A stretch of DNA of 64,000 nt from Ancylonema sp. Lineage: Eukaryota. The position numbers and the translations under genes are program-made. Shown piece after piece: positions 1 through 11,870 of this stretch. Numbering within the stretch: position 1 is the first letter of the stretch; every line of letters begins with the position of its first letter. The notes beneath the pieces are model-generated. The model did no database searches. It had not been told where the DNA came from and was given only the letters and a program-made list of their open reading frames with translations. The stretch lies in NCBI GenBank assembly GCA_050230475.1, contig JBFLGF010000136.1, positions 1 through 64,000 on the forward strand, in the 5' to 3' direction.

Positions 1-386
1 CCAAAAAAAAAGAATGGTGAAAGACTACAGAAAGAAACTCAATTTCAAGACTAAATTAAGGGAGGGGGGTAAACACCACTTCCACCACTAGTCATCGAAC
101 AAGTAAACGTATCTTCTCCACATACTCTTGTTCAAAGATGTACACATCCATGTAGAGACAACAATCGACAACATCCCGCACACCTCGCTCTTCAATTGGC
201 TTTACTACTCTAGTTTCACATCGTTTCAAAGATAACAAACATAGATGATACAATCTACAAGTATGCAAATAATCAACTCACACGCCACACACCTGTACAC
301 AACCTTTTAGAAAAGAGTGTGCCAACATATCTACATGCTTACGTCTTTCCCGGTGATGTACCAGTTTATCATACTTATCAATAGAT

Positions 387-2503
387 TCATCGATTTCGTT
401 CCGGAATTTTTGGAACACTTTCGTCTGTAGAAACGTGTTCGTAAGAAACGGAGCTGTACTTGTTAATAGCCTCCAAAATCTTCTCCTTATCACGAGTCGG
501 AAACTTGGCTACAAGAACACCATCTCTATAGAAATAGAACAAGGGCACCACCTGCAAAGAAGACATTTCAAGTTGAAAGGCAAGTGAACACCAAATTCAG
601 TCTAGTTCCAATGGTTTAGGATAGTGAAAATCCTCGATTGCCTTCATTCTTATTATCCAAACCAGAAACTCATGACTTCCCAAACAACCTTGCGATACCC
701 AAAATGTCCACACATACATCGCACCTCTCCGGTTGGGAGGCATACATAGCATAACACAACATTGCCCTTTTTATCCAATTGACATGATCTCTCCCTGTAG
801 AGCCAACGTTGTGAGTCAGAATTATCAACATACCTTGATTCGAAATTCTTCCGCGAGCTCAGATTCCTCGTCATATTCATCCAAGACCTGTTCAACGAGA
901 GCAAAGACTGTTCAAAACGGTTGTTTCGCCAAGAGAGAGTAGACCGGGTTTCAGAATATGAAGGATTAGTTCAACTGTGATCCATGATTATATCCAACCC
1001 CGATTATGCCAGCTCCGTCGATGCCCTAATTGATGACCTAGAAACATGATCGAGCATCAAAATTCACCATCTATCACATCATGCTTCAAAACTGACTCAA
1101 GGGGCGGAAAATGATTCATTCAAGATGAATTACATTGTTTTCATATTTATTTGAGTGACAGAGAGTAGGAGTTCCACGCATTTGGCTTAACAAGGTTCAA
1201 TCCTACAATAAAATTTTGACCAACCACTCCACAAGTGCTGGAACCCTCTCCTTGAATGCGTATGGCCCCAGCCTCCTAGTGTGAGATCATTGCACTTCAT
1301 GCAACCTTTAGACTCCTCTTTTGCGTAAAGGAGATGCCCTTATAATAAACATACCACCAATCCCGATACAACTCCATTGCACTACCTTTATTGATGCTAC
1401 ATGAGAAGAATAGCAAAGTGAGGTATAGCGTAAGCTGATCTACAAGAGATGTGGATGTGCTCCTTTTACACAAGAAAAGTAAGACAATCCACAATTTCTG
1501 GCACCACTCTCTACCAATATCCCCCCATATCCCATGCATAAATTGCATGGGACCATATATTGTTTTAACCATGACTGCAACGACATTGCCACCTCACAAG
1601 GTAGAGGCATACTTGCGTCTACCCTTTGCCCTGCTTTACGTCCTTGACCCTTTCAGTTACCTACTTAATTACCTACTTCACCCTTGCTCTTAAAAAATAA
1701 TGTTGTTCGTTTCAATGTAAAGACAAGACAGATCACACAAATTAAGATCCAACGAGAGAAGTACGATAAATTGTCCTTGTTAGACATGGCTTCATATTAT
1801 CTGTCATTAAGTTGAGATTTCCAGGTAATCTTTCCAATGGTTTTTGGCAGAAACTCCTTCAATCCAAACCTTTCACAAGAGCTGATATTAAACTCACGTT
1901 GTGTTTAAGAAAGATGACCGGATGTTGTTTCTCTGCCTCTCCTCGGCAAAGCTTCGCAAACCCGTGCTCTATGTACTTGCAACTGCCGCAGGCGGTTTTG
2001 TAGAAATCCACAACAACCACAGCATTTCGTCGCCGGGCTGCTTCAAGCGCCTGCTCGAGCTCCTGCTTGGTCAAAATTTCGCGCACGCAGCCAACGTGGC
2101 AAACATCCTCACTGTCGTCTTCAATATCGTCTGGGACAGATTTCTCTGCCTTACTCCTGTCAATTTTGATTGCAGGTGACGACACAGGCCTGCGACTGTT
2201 AGACGACTGACGCATGTCCCCCTGACGAGAAATCGGCAAGGTATTCCGATTTCTTGTATGGATCACCTTGGAATCCCGCAAAGTGCACGTACTAGTAACT
2301 TGTCGTCCAAGCAAGACTACCTTTATGCTTTGCCCCTGTCGGGAAGGACATCGAGAAGAACGCACTTTCGGAAGATTCCACCCTATTCTACCACAGGTCC
2401 GGGTACACGAGGAGACGTGTGGACGCAGTTGTTCATCTAGAATGTCAGATGTCTCGAACAGGCAAAAGGATCGGGACACAGCGAATGCTCCGGCACTCAT
2501 CAT
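387..2503 (-). CDS. Chloroplast thioredoxin-like protein (atypical CGSC active site, TRX-like 4/Lilium-type). Exons 2503-1898, 887-834, 551-387
   Basis: Exon 1 has a transit-peptide-like N-terminus and VVVDFYKTACGSCKYIE...FLKHN. Phase-0 GT-AG introns join VLDEYDEESELAEEFRIK and VVPLFYFYRDGVLVAKFPTRDKEKILEAINKY...RNR*, completing a thioredoxin fold. Confidence 0.9.
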
Positions 2504-2795
2504 CCCCGGCAATCTACCTCTGCCTCAAATTTGCCACCAATATCTTACCGCCAAACAATCTGCTGGTCATGCAACGAACGTTGAGGGGGGTGAACGCAAC
2601 GCAACACAACGTTCACTTGGTGAAGAGGCTTTCGCTGAAAGGCCTTGTGATGTAGAGCCCTCGGATAATATCACCTCGATATCGTAAATCGTCAATCTAG
2701 ATCGAGCATAGATGGGTCAGCACCCAGGCGCAAGATTTGCGCGCGGCCCGCGTGCCGCGCCGGGACAATTTCAGTAATCGACTGAAATTTGACCA

Positions 2796-3010
2796 AGTAG
2801 TGAGTACTGACCATTTTGCACTGTAAGTAGTTCGATATAACGTCTTAACGTCTTAGGCCCTAAATTGAATACTGCCACGTTGTAACCGGTTCGCCAAACA
2901 CATTTCATGAATTCGGAAACATCCCCGCACCCCTGGGGTGTAGGAAGTACCCCCCCCCCCCCCGGGTAATAATAATATTATTTTAACGCCTATGGGTCAG
3001 CACCGTGCGC
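2796..3010. repeat. Dispersed copy of a ~180-bp repeat unit also present at 14195-14410
   Basis: Shared blocks AGTAGTGAG..CCATTTTG, TTGTAACCGGTTC..ATTTCATGA..GGAAACATCCC, GGTGTAGGAA(G/A)TACCCCC and AACGCCTATGGG. Confidence 0.7.
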
Positions 3011-3684
3011 GTTTTTTTCTGCGCGCGGCACGCGTGCGCGAGCGCACCCTTGCGGAACACGTGCGGGACGCGCACTTCAAAGACCCATCTATGTGATATA
3101 GTGACAGTTTTATAGACAGGGGGATTTAATGTCACGATATCGAATGCTAGGGCTGACACCACACACTGTATAATGACATTTGATAGGGCGAGAATAGGCA
3201 AATGTCACTGTATCGAGAGAAATTGAAATTCACGTCGATATTTTTAACAGAGGTGGCTCATCTAAACATCTTTTGTTTTAACATTCTCTCGCTATAGTAA
3301 AACTTGTCTACATGACTTATGTTGGAACCATAAAAAAAAATGAAATTATAGTGGTTATTAATTTACGTGTCAGATTTTGGCTAAAATTAATTCGGGCGGA
3401 ATATTATGCGTTAAAATAGACAGGTTATTAAGTTTCATTGTATAAATTTAGACACGTTTCAGTGTATAGTGACATCGCAATACAAAAATTTGTGAATTTT
3501 TGGTCACCATAACGTGTGTCAATGTAGTGATTGTCACTATGTGGAGTAGGTTTTTATATAGGATTATAAAAAGGGCAAAAAAAATGTCACTTTATCGCGA
3601 TTGTCACTGTATAGTGTGTCACTATATCAAGACTGCATTGTAGTACAATTCTCGCTATAGTGACGTGTAATAATGTTGTGTTAC

Positions 3685-3965
3685 TAGAGTGGGACCCAGC
3701 CGCCAGAATTCCTACGGTTGGTGATTGGAAAACCGCCAGCCGTCTCCAACCATTGTCCCACCGCTCCAACCGCCACCCAACCGTTCAACCGCCAGCCAAC
3801 AGCCAAATAAGAGCCCAACGGCCGGCAATCCGCCCAACTGCCGACGGTTAGACTCCTAAAAACGTGTAAGGAGTATCGCCGGATTGAACAATCGTTCAAT
3901 ACAGCGTCCCACCCCCCGATGCTGTCAATTCCCGTCGTTCGGTTGGCGATTGGTTACCCACGCTA
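3685..3965. mobile_element. hAT-like MITE, copy 1
   Basis: TIRs TAGAGTGGGACCCAGCCGCCA ... TGGCGATTGGTTACCCACGCTA. 8-bp TSD (T/C)GTGTTAC at 3677-3684 and 3966-3973. CAACC repeats inside. Confidence 0.75.
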
Positions 3966-4499
3966 CGTGTTACTGTAGTACACTTTATATAGAACCTGCG
4001 TTATAATAACCCAAAAAATATATACCCCTTCGGTTTCTAGAAATGGTTTTTGAAAATACATATATAAAGTATTGGTTCATTACTTATGAACCAACTTCTG
4101 ATTATCATAAGGAATGTTTTTTTCATGTTTTTTTAATTGTTTTTGATGTACCTAATAAAATGCATTTCGCCCGATAACTTATGAGGTAATGAAGTTTTCT
4201 TAATCATACCTCGACTCGCCGAACGAGTCTCGTGTGAGAGGCCAAGTCCGACATGGGCCAAGTCCGACTCGTCGAATTGGAAATATGTCACTAGAACCAA
4301 GGATGGAAATTTAGGCTTTAAAATGCTTTCCGAGGGGTTTTTAACTTGAAAACCTTAATGAGGGATTACCAGTTAAGTTGTTGAATTGCTAAGGTATACA
4401 TGTTTTTTGCACATTTTACATCTTCGAGCACAATGGTGCCCTTAAAATCTTGCCATTCCAAAGGATAAATGTGTTTGAGGCATATTTTTGAAACGATTA

Positions 4500-4690
4500 G
4501 TCCAAACGGAACTCACCACGTTTGTGGGAAACGAGTTATGCACGGGGACGGCCAAAATGTATGCAAACGCCGAATTTCAAACGCGTACGTACGTACGACG
4601 AAAGTTGCAAACGGCGTTTGCAAAACGTTCGCAAAACGTTTGCATTTGCAAACGTTCGAATCTGCAAACGTTTTGCAAACTTTTGCAGCG
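4500..4690. repeat. GCAAACG/CGTTTGC subterminal repeat cluster of a truncated DNA transposon
   Basis: More than 10 CAAACG/CGTTTG-type motifs in both orientations, resembling the ends of the 6795-7417 MITE. Confidence 0.5.
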
Positions 4691-4804
4691 TATTTCTTCA
4701 TTTTATATTTAGTACACTTCAAGTCACTGAAGTATGAAAGTTTGTAAAACTCGTCATCATTGGTTCATGACCATCGATAGAACGACTCCAAAAAATCGGC
4801 TGTT

Positions 4805-6150
4805 AAGTGTACTGTCCGATCCAAAAGCACTTTAGAGGTGGGAAGTTCAAAGCACTTGTATGGGAAGGAGTGTTGGTGGGCTATTCTGCAGAGAGTCCAG
4901 ACTATCGAGTATGGGACCAGGAGACCAGAAATGTTTTACAATATCGGGGGACCAGCTTTCAACGAGGAGGTAGAGCAAGAGTGGTGGAAGAAGGACTCGT
5001 CGATAAAACTAGTGATCCCCGATGAAGAAGGAGAGGAGGTGGAGTTCGACGATGACGCAATTGCTGAGGAAGTGCAGCCATCGACGCCTTCCATCGGATC
5101 ACGAGAGGGGAATCAGGACTTGTCGCCAACCCGGTCAGAAGGACAAGAAATTCCACGTAGAGGAGGAATAGGACCGTGGAAATACGTCAATGAGCCAAGA
5201 GTGAGAAACATCGGATGAGGGAGTCGGGGAGGAGAGAGCACAACTGCACCCCGGCGGAGTGAACGAGAAAATCTTGGGGTGCCACGTGAAAGACTTGGGA
5301 ACGCGATGATGCTGGCGATGATGTCTCCCAACCGAGACTCACCGGAGTCAATCCGAGAGGCACTAATGAGGAGCGACAGCCATACTTGGAAAGCAGCAAT
5401 CAACAGCGAACTTGAATCAATTGATGAAAATCGAGTTTTCACGATTGTAGACAGGCCCAAGAATGGAAAGAGTATAGTGGGGTCAAGGTGGGTGCTCAGA
5501 ATCAAGCGAGCGGTGGACAAGAAGGTGGACAAGTATAAAGCAAGACTAGTAGCAAAAGGCTTCACACAGAAGGAGGGGGTGAACTACACGGAGACCTTTG
5601 CACCAATCCTACGATTTGAGTCCCTCCGTGCTTTGATCGCCTATGCGGCGAGTGAGGGGTTGTACATGGAGCAAATGGATGTGTCGACAACATTTGTGTA
5701 TGCAGATATAGATGAGGCAAATCACATGGAGATCCGTGAGGGGATGGAGGGGTACGGAAGTAGAAAGGTCATGTTGCTCCACAAGAGCATCTACGGGCTG
5801 AAAGAGGCTTCGAGGCTGTGGAACGAGCACCTCGACAAGGTTTTTGGGGAGTTGGAATATCATCGACTCACCTCAGACTTCGGGGTGTACATTAAGGGAA
5901 AGGGGGAGAACAGAGTGTTAATGGGGGTGTACGTCGACGACATCACCATGTTGGCCAAGGTGATGCAGATAGAGAGTGGATTGAAAGGACATCGACAATT
6001 GGAGTTCAAAATGAAAGATCTGGGAGCTACAAACTTCATTATGGGCATGAAAATCCGACGGCATGAGAACGGTGATATCTTTTTAGTGCAAGAGAAGTAT
6101 GCAAGAGACATCTTGAGAAATGACAACATGTATGATAGCAAGGCACTAAG
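4805..6150 (+). pseudogene. Ty1/Copia pol fragment: integrase C-terminus and RT (first part)
   Basis: GVLVGYSAESPDYRVWD, WKAAINSELESI, YKARLVAKGFTQKEGVNYTETFAP, QMDVSTTF, SIYGLKEASRLW, VYVDDI, MKDLG. Ends at DSKALS. Confidence 0.92.
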
Positions 6151-6794
6151 TTGATGAATGTCCTTAGGTTCTGGCATGTCCCTAATGGCCGTAGTTTTTT
6201 CATCCTGAGGTGTGATACCTTCGGGGGTGAGTTTGTGTCCGAGAAAATCCATTTCCTTGGCAAATAACAAACATTTACCAGGGTGACACTTAAGTTTGTA
6301 CTGCCGAAGTCTGTTGAAGACTTGTTGGAGGTGCATGATGTGATCTTTGAATGTTTTTCTCCAATTGGTGATGTCGTCGATGTAACATCGTGCATTAGTA
6401 AGACCATTGAGGATAGCGTCCATAGTGCGCTAAAATAAAGGTGCTGCATTTTGTAGGCCATCGGGTACCACATTTCACTCCTAGAGTTTACGGTTAGCTC
6501 CCCAAAATGCGGTTTCTTATTGATCCTATTCCCTGATGGGGATCTGGTGATATCCTTGTCGCACGTCCATTTTGTTGAAGATCTTGGCGTCCTACATCTC
6601 AACAAAAATATCTTCGATTTTGGGTAAGGGATATCGATCCAATGTAGTGTGGTTGTTGATAAGCCGGTAGTCACCACATTGTCGAAAGTCTGTGTATTGT
6701 CCGTCTTCGTCCTTTTTGCGAACTACCACGAAGGCAGATGCATATTTGGTGTTGCCGGAGCTAGGCCGAATCATTCCAAGGTCATGAAGTTTTT

Positions 6795-7417
6795 CATAGT
6801 AGCATGCAAACGGGAAAAATCGGCCCATACGGCGTTTTCCATACGCGGACGTATGGCATACGCTCCATACGGCCAAAATTGTACTTGGAAAAAAAGTGCA
6901 CCCCTCAAAATTTCGGATTCGGGCCCGGCCAGGAAGTAATTTACGATGAGGAACTTTATCGAGTAAGAGTGAAGTAAGAGAGGATTTTTTGTAGGGAGAA
7001 AAAAATGATGATATTACTTAATATTGAAACATTTTTTCCCAATCAAATTCATTTTGTGGTTGAGAATTAGTTGATGGAAATCCATATGTTGAGTATGGAA
7101 CTTGGAAAAAAACATGTGGAGAAGAAGGGTGTAAAAGAAAAGAAAATAAAAAGCGGGAAATAATCTTAAAAAATATATACTTGCAAGGTAAAAGCTACGG
7201 AAATGGAAAATAAAAAAAATAAAAGAAGGGAAATTTCGAAAATGAAAGTTGTGTGGAAATAAATTGAAAAAAAAACAAAAAAAAAACAAGTGTACGGACG
7301 TATGGAAGTGTGCGGTTGGACCACAGTAGGGTGTTGCGTCCGTACGGCTAAAAGTGCCGTTTTGACGTTTGGGCGTTTTGCGTTTGCAAAACGCATACGC
7401 GTTTTGATGCTACTATG
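6795..7417. mobile_element. MITE with CATAG termini and 8-bp TSD (P-like or hAT) inserted in Gypsy RT
   Basis: TIRs CATAGTAGCATGCAAACG ... CGTTTTGATGCTACTATG. TSD AAGTTTTT at 6787-6794 and 7418-7425. Removing it restores ESNCEKLHDLGMIRP. Confidence 0.9.
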
Positions 7418-7984
7418 AAGTTTTTCGCAGTTGGATTCCAAAAAGTCCCATTATGTTTTACTGAGCTTGTGAGATCCTTGGAAAATAGATCTAGTGGTAT
7501 CGAGGGGTAACTCCATAGGTGTGTTGTTAGAAGTTACAAATTCATCAAGAATGAATGCGAAGCAATCTCGGTTGGATTCAAGCAATGCTAAAACTTTTGC
7601 CTTTTCTTTAGGGGTGAGATGGTCAACAATTTTCGATTCAAACTCTCTCTCCGTTGTGGTTAGTGGTAATTCTTCGGGAGGATAAAAAAGGTCATTCTCA
7701 ATCTCAGGTGAAGTACCTTCCGTAGCTGCAAGGAGTTGGGTTTCATAGGTGAAAAGAATGGCACCGTTCAAATATTTTTGTTGAGCAGGATCCACAATGA
7801 ATGTTGATTCATGGTTTTCGTAGAATTCTTGCTCCTTGGCGTCATAATACAGTGTATGATACTACTTGAGGGTATGATAGGTGCCCCCCCCCACCTCAAT
7901 GGTCTGAGAGGTTGGGTCTGTTTCCTAGCGAGGGTGCAATGAAATCGACAGAGGAAGGGTGTCAACATACGAGGGCAAATTGTG

Positions 7985-9000
7985 CGATGCCATAAGAATG
8001 CCGCCGAGCCATACTAACATGTTCTTGTCCATGGTGCGACCAATGAGTTGGCAGCGTGCACTGGTGGTGATGCCTGGTGCAGCTGTGTCTACATCCTCAA
8101 ATCCCATGAAGCAATCACGTTCCCATATATTGGGTGTCTCCCATTGTTCCGAATGCAGGTTGTATACCATACCCGGACCTGGTGATCCCTCCCGAAACCG
8201 GTATTGAAAGCTGCCAAGGTGAAAAACAATGGTAGGCATAGCTCTGCGTGGGTACCCAACCTTATCAACCAATGCACGGGGTGGTGTGTCATTGGTGGTG
8301 ACACTTGTGGGTCGATGGTTCAGGTCTATAATTTTGGCCAAGAGTTTCAATGGTGGAACCGCGGGAATTGCCAACTCCAAGATATGAGGTGGTATGAAAT
8401 TCGTTCAGAGACATCGTACTCGGTGAGCGTTAGTGCCAACACTGCATGCATCGACAACTGCCAAGTATCCGAGAAATGACTTGATGAGGACTATCGTGTC
8501 TTGAATTTCTTTTGGAAAGTCGTCGAAAGGGTAAGTGTTCTCTAAGACAAAGATGGGTGGGTTAGGCTGAATTCTGATCAGGTGGTTATTGCAACGGATC
8601 AGATCGAAGAAGTATGGGAATCGTTCGTCATTACATCCTTGTTGATTGCCTGCCTTGCTGACCATTTGGCACTCCCGCCCTGTAAAAATGAAATCGATCG
8701 GTCCTTTTTGTGCGATGAACCTGTCGAAATGAGCATTGGAAATCTGAGAAATGTCATGAGGAAATCTAGTGTCAAATCCTAGAATTGCACTGGACGGAAG
8801 TTGTCCAGGGTGTCGTGCTTGGATCTTGGGTAACAATGCGCGTGTCACTGCTCGAGCATCCATGTTGATGTCGTTGTTGATGTAGGTACCGCAATTATAG
8901 TCGGCGTTCATAATGATGGTCATACTTGCGCAACTAGTTCCCCCAAAAGGATCCCACACGTTAAGTCCTCGTTGCAAAGCTCCAGGGTTGAATCGGACAT
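7985..9000 (-). pseudogene. DNMT3/DRM-like C5 cytosine methyltransferase domain inside Gypsy pol
   Basis: Motif I NVWDPFGG; III PHDISQI; IV PIDFIFTGRECQMVSKAG (catalytic Cys kept); V DERFPYFFD; VI FVLENT; VIII AHRVRCL*TNF; IX ERDCFMGF; X RCQLIGRTMD. The two ORFs share a frame and are split by one TGA. Confidence 0.9.
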
Positions 9001-10043
9001 CGTACCGAGGGGTGATAGGAACCGCGTCTCGAATCGGTATTCTTTGCCATTCGGAGTGCTTTGGTGGAACGGGGTGTTTGCACACAATGTCTATGGCATT
9101 CTGAATCTTGATATTGCTTTCCAATCGACGTTTGTGAACTTTCGTGGTTGCATTTGGCTCATTTACTTGTGCCAGACTTTTGGTTACGGTGAAAAGCTTT
9201 AGCTTGTGTGTGGCTCTGATCTCAAAGTGTTTGCGAGTTGCGAGACAGTGAATGGTGTCAAATCCCATTTCTATGTCTTTGGGTCGTAAACCGGCAAAGT
9301 TGATGGATCAGGTGATGGTGTTTCGGAGGCAATACTATGCTCGTATCCTTCTTGTGCCACCATGACTTCGAAATGTGCAAGATTATCTTCATCCTCGTTG
9401 GTGGCGAACACGGTTTCGTCATCGTTCTTAATAAATGTGACCATGGTGGTGTATGTGGTGTCTGCTGAAACTCCCTGGTTCATGGCCACCCCAAAGGTAT
9501 CGAGTTCTGAGTTGCATTGAGCCCATGAGTGATGAAAGGAACGGACACCATTCTGTCACCTTTGATTTTAGTCTATTCGATAGTGGAATCTCTGTCCCCA
9601 ACTGTCGACAATCCCGCCGATGGGAACAATGAAAGAGTTGCCAAGAAGAATCGAGTACTTGTCTGAGGGTGACAAGATGAGGCGGACCGGAACAGTGGTT
9701 TTGAACTTGCCTTGTCCAATGGTGATCTTATAATCTCGTTTGGTTACACCCAATGATGTGTTGGCCTGGCCCGACGAGGTGATATATTCTTCGCCAGGAT
9801 CAAAATCTGCCTTAGTGATGCCGAGTTGTTTTGCTATGGTGACGCCGATCATGCAATCCCTGATCCAGTATCGAGCACCATATCTCCTGTTGGTTCGACT
9901 CCTTTGATGAAGAAGAGTTGTTTGTTTTTCTCAATCACAAGCACTTCCCAATTTGTGGTAACACGGGCGTCTGGCTCGACGAATGGTTTGCTGTTTTCAG
10001 GCCTGACTCTGGAGTGAATTGCCGCGCCTTGAGGGGGGGATAC

Positions 10044-10449
10044 TGTTAGGACCCTCGCTACAGTCACTAGGGCTCCCTAGCGAGGCTCCCACACTTAGCA
10101 CTAGAGCGCTACTAGCGCACTTTTCCCCATAGCGAGTTTTGTCCCTTTATAGTCATATGTGTGTCCTTAGCCCCTTTGTCCTTATATCGAGTGCCGACCC
10201 TTAGCTTTCCAGTTTGTTCTTATAGAGAGTTCTAGTTATCCCACTGGATGTCGACTTTCACTATAACTAGTCCATAAGAATGCCTTTGGAGATTCCTATT
10301 ATCAACTCATGTACTTGCACCTTGTGCCTACCATATCGACCCCGACCATTGATCATCGGCTCATTAGCCTCCATCCTATCGGCTCAATTCCGCCATTGCT
10401 TTGTTGCAACATAGATTGCTAGGAGTTCCATTCTATTCCACTCCTAACA
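10044..10449 (+). repeat. LTR preceded by a polypurine tract (family of 39454-39918 and 31202-31551)
   Basis: GAGGGGGGGATAC|TGTTAGGACCC ... CTCCTAACA (alternative end 10471). Reverse-complement homology to the solo LTR at 39454-39918. Confidence 0.8.
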
Positions 10450-11619
10450 CTCTACCTGTCCACTCCTAACAGGTACCGTGAGTTCCATTCTAGAATGCCA
10501 GCTTGTAGTTTTTGCCACTCTTCCTTGGTCATGTGATCTCGTGGGCAATCTTGCGAAATATGACCTGGTTGGAAGCAGTTGCTTCAAAATACGCACACGA
10601 TAATGGTCACGATAAATCAAGCGTTGCGGTGATAGAATGATTCACGAATTCAATAACGGGTGCAGACAATTCAAAGGGTGAATTGTCTGGCTGAGCTTGT
10701 AGCGAACTTGTAACGATTTCTGACGTCAGCAAAATGGCTAACAATCAAAGGCTTGCAAAGGTCACGATATTGTAAGAGTAACGATAATTTTGAATACGAC
10801 AGAATTTCACACAATGCGTATGCAAAACGGCACACGGCTTTACAGCTATTTGAGATGCGACAGCACGCACAAGCAAACAAGTAATTTTGCAAAAAATTAC
10901 GGCTGAATGAAGCGACGCGAAGCTTGCAAGAAATCACAAGGAATATCAAAGGCAAAACGGCACACTTGAGAGCGATAGTAAACGATTTCAAAATACCCGA
11001 ATTCACAGAGATTGCAACGATTGCAAAAGAGTTTGTTGAAATTCAGACAGCGTAAACTGACTCCGGAAGCTGGCAGTTAAAAAAGCGACTTTTTGCTTTA
11101 ATACAATCGACGCGGCTTTTCGCACGCGGAATATTCTAGATATTATCTTGATCTAAGACTGAAACCGAATATCGACTAGACAACTAATCTCGACTGTCTA
11201 TCTGGAGTTCTAGATTTTACAAGTGCGGCAGTTCACTAGCCAGGCTGGGTGACTGAAACTAACTCGGCGCACACTGGGAATCTTCTAACTCGTCGATACG
11301 AAAAAATACTCTGAATCGAAGTCTAAAAAGTGGTACACTAACTTTTCTAGACTTACTGAGTATTAAAAAAAAAACAAATCAAACGTCTGACTGATCGAAA
11401 CTCATATAACGACAGAGTTCGATATAACGATAAAAAACCGACAATTACCAAAATTGCTATTTTTAAAGCGGATCGACAATTAAAATGTCTTTTTTTTCCA
11501 ACGACCTCTAGCGGCATGACATAGGTAACTCCTCCCCCTCCAAATAATGGAACCCAAAGGGAAAAATATAATAAAGAAAGTAGTTCGGGAAGTACCCGGG
11601 CGCCCGTTGCTTCGCCTTG

Positions 11620-11870
11620 CCACGTATGGGAGGACTTCGTTCCATTCCTCCACATGGCCCTTAAGGGTCTTACGAAATGCTTTCTTCATTGTGTAGACCA
11701 TCCGTTCCGCGAGCCTATCAACCCGAGGGTACTCGAGAAGCCAGCCGATGGTCGATCTCGTGACGAGCTAGTTGGGTACGGAAGTGGCCCAGAAACTCCT
11801 TCCCACGGTCTATCGCCACCTCCGAATGTGGCTTGCAGCGGGAAAGCAACATATGCTGGTTAAGCGCAAT
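11620..11870 (-). pseudogene. Gypsy integrase core fragment
   Basis: LARHEIDHRLAS...LAERMVYTMKKAFRKTLKGHVEEWNEVLPYVA, similar to the integrase at 20476-20790. Confidence 0.75.

Larger units (their letters stand above)
2655..3976. mobile_element. Non-autonomous DNA transposon region (Harbinger-like left end, TATAGTGAC/GTCACTATA subterminal repeats)
   Basis: Start GAGCCCTCGGATAATATC matches the element start at 37834. Many (G)TCAC/GTGAC-TATA motifs lie at 3090-3665. 3644-3976 is homologous to 37879-38197. Right end not defined. Confidence 0.5.
6150..10020 (-). mobile_element. Ty3/Gypsy pol (degenerate): aspartic protease - C5 DNA methyltransferase - RT, interrupted by a MITE
   Basis: Protease VLDTGS..MIG (~9900-9570), DNMT (~9000-7990), RT KYASAFVVVRKKD..RQCGDYRLIN..DRYPLPKIED..CYIDDI..KCHPGKC..FLGH..MPEPKDIHQL. 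In-frame stops and frameshifts present; gag absent. Confidence 0.92.

Noticed and set aside
888..1897. Cys/Trp-rich small ORFs at 278-1693 as a transposase
   Set aside because: They are alternative frames of thioredoxin exons or lie within its introns, with no recognisable motifs.
7985..9268. Host DNMT3/DRM gene or bacterial restriction-modification methylase
   Set aside because: It is intronless, colinear between Gypsy protease and RT, and decayed like them. No restriction enzyme or bacterial context is present.
10021..10471. LTR at 10044 as the 5' LTR of the DNMT-Gypsy
   Set aside because: Its PPT orients it on the opposite strand, no gag intervenes, and it does not resemble the LTR starting at 21522.
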